From: Eledone cirrhosa
Lineage: Eukaryota
NCBI GenBank assembly: GCA_964016885.1
Contig: OZ024742.1
Coordinates: 373,736,001-373,800,000, forward strand
DNA: 64,000 nucleotides
Direction: 5' to 3'
The notes under the pieces are model-generated. The model did not search any database and had not been told where the DNA came from. It saw only the letters and a program-made list of their open reading frames with translations. The position numbers were made by a program, and so were the translations under genes. Positions 62,707-64,000 of the stretch are shown here, one piece after another (the stretch's first letter is position 1; each line of letters begins with the position of its first letter).

Positions 62707-64000
62707 ATGAGTGATACAGTGATCTTAGCTGTCTGTCCCCAGAACAGGACAGTCCTATGAGTGATACAGTGATCTTAGCTGTCTGTCCCCAGAACAGGAC
62801 AGTCCTATGAGTGATACAGTGATCTTAGCTGTCTGTCCCCAGAACATGACAGTCCTATGAGTGAGACACAGTCATCTTAGCTGTCTGTCCCCAGTACATG
62901 ACAGTCCTGTGAGTGAGACACAGTCATCTTAGCTGTCTATCTATCCCCAGAACATGACAGTCCTGTGAGTGAGACACAGTCATCTTAGCTGTCTGTCCCC
63001 AGAACATGACAGTCCTATGAGTGAGACACAGTCATCTTAGCTGTCTGTCTGTCCCCAGAACATGACAGTCCTATGAGTGAGACACAGTCATCTTAGCTGT
63101 CTGTCCCCAGTACATGACAGTCCTGTGAGTGAGACACAGTCATCTTAGCTGTCTGTCTGTCCCCAGTACATGACAGTCCTATGAGTGAGACACAGTCATC
63201 TTAGCTGTCTGTCTGTCCCCAGTACATGACAGTCCTATGAGTGAGACACAGTCATCTTAGCTGTCTGTCTGTCCCCAGAACATGACAGTCCTATGAGTGA
63301 GACACAGTCATCTTAGCTGTCTATCCCCAGAACATGACAGTCCTATGAGTGAGACACAGTCATCTTAGCTGTCTGTCTGTCCCCAGTACATGACAGTCCT
63401 ATGAGTGAGACACAGTCATCTTAGCTGTCTGTCCCCAGTACATGACAGTCCTGTGAGTGAGACACAGTCATCTTAGCTGTCTGTCTGTCCCCAGAACATG
63501 ACAGTCCTATGAGTGAGACACAGTCATCTTAGCTCTCTGTCCCCAGAACAGGACAGTCCTATGAGTGAGACACAGTCATCTTAGCTGTCTGTCTGTCCCC
63601 AGAACATGACAGTCCTATGAGTGAGACACAGTCATCTTAGCTGTCTGTCCCCAGAACATGACAGTCCTATGAGTGAGACACAGTCATCTTAGCTGTCTGT
63701 CTGTCCCCAGAACATGACAGTCCTATGAGTGAGACACAGTCATCTTAGCTGTCTATCTATCCCCAGTACATGACAGTCCTATGAGTGAGACACAGTCATC
63801 TTAGTTGTCTGTCCCCAGAACATGACAGTCCTATCAGTGAGACACAGTCATCTTAGCTGTCTGTCTATCCCCAGTACATGACAGTCCTATGAGTGAGACA
63901 CAGTCATCTTAGCTGTGTCTCCCCCGAACATGACAGTCCTATGAGTGAGACACAGTCATCTTAGCTGTCTGTCCCCAGAACATGACAGTCCTATGAGTGA
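62707..64000. repeat. 50-56-bp minisatellite (~24 copies), runs off the right edge
   Basis: Unit ATGAGTGAGACACAGTCATCTTAGCTGTCT(GTCT)GTCCCCAGAACATGACAGTCCT. Confidence 0.97.

Overview
Eukaryotic, repeat-dominated genomic DNA; the SINE and LINE types suggest an octopus or other coleoid mollusc (inference). Bases 1-~46,267 are one uninterrupted head-to-tail array of an 85-bp satellite (~544 monomers, open at the left edge) with nested higher-order repeats of 2, 13, 29/30, 34, 40, 84 and 100/113 monomers. The remaining 18 kb holds four small in-phase + strand exons (72, 60, 111, 79 bp) that the ORF track misses. Spliced, they give GKGRLSEYLKLSKTEAEEIISNFLKKFSAVNKFSVETIKFCRQHGFTCTIFKRRRMIPNINHPATQVRSQAERQAFNFCVQGSAADLCKAAMLQIERVFFQESHLQTR, the family-A polymerase segment between motifs B and C, most like DNA polymerase nu (POLN). 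The satellite therefore appears to sit inside a POLN intron of at least 47.5 kb. The other introns contain four SINE-like families, decayed RTE and CR1 LINEs, a MITE-like fold-back, a mariner-like end and several further mini/microsatellites. The most notable points are the giant intronic satellite, its highly foldable monomer with an incomplete hammerhead-like core, and inverted SINE pairs bracketing three exons. No prokaryotic system, CRISPR array or intact RNA gene is supported.
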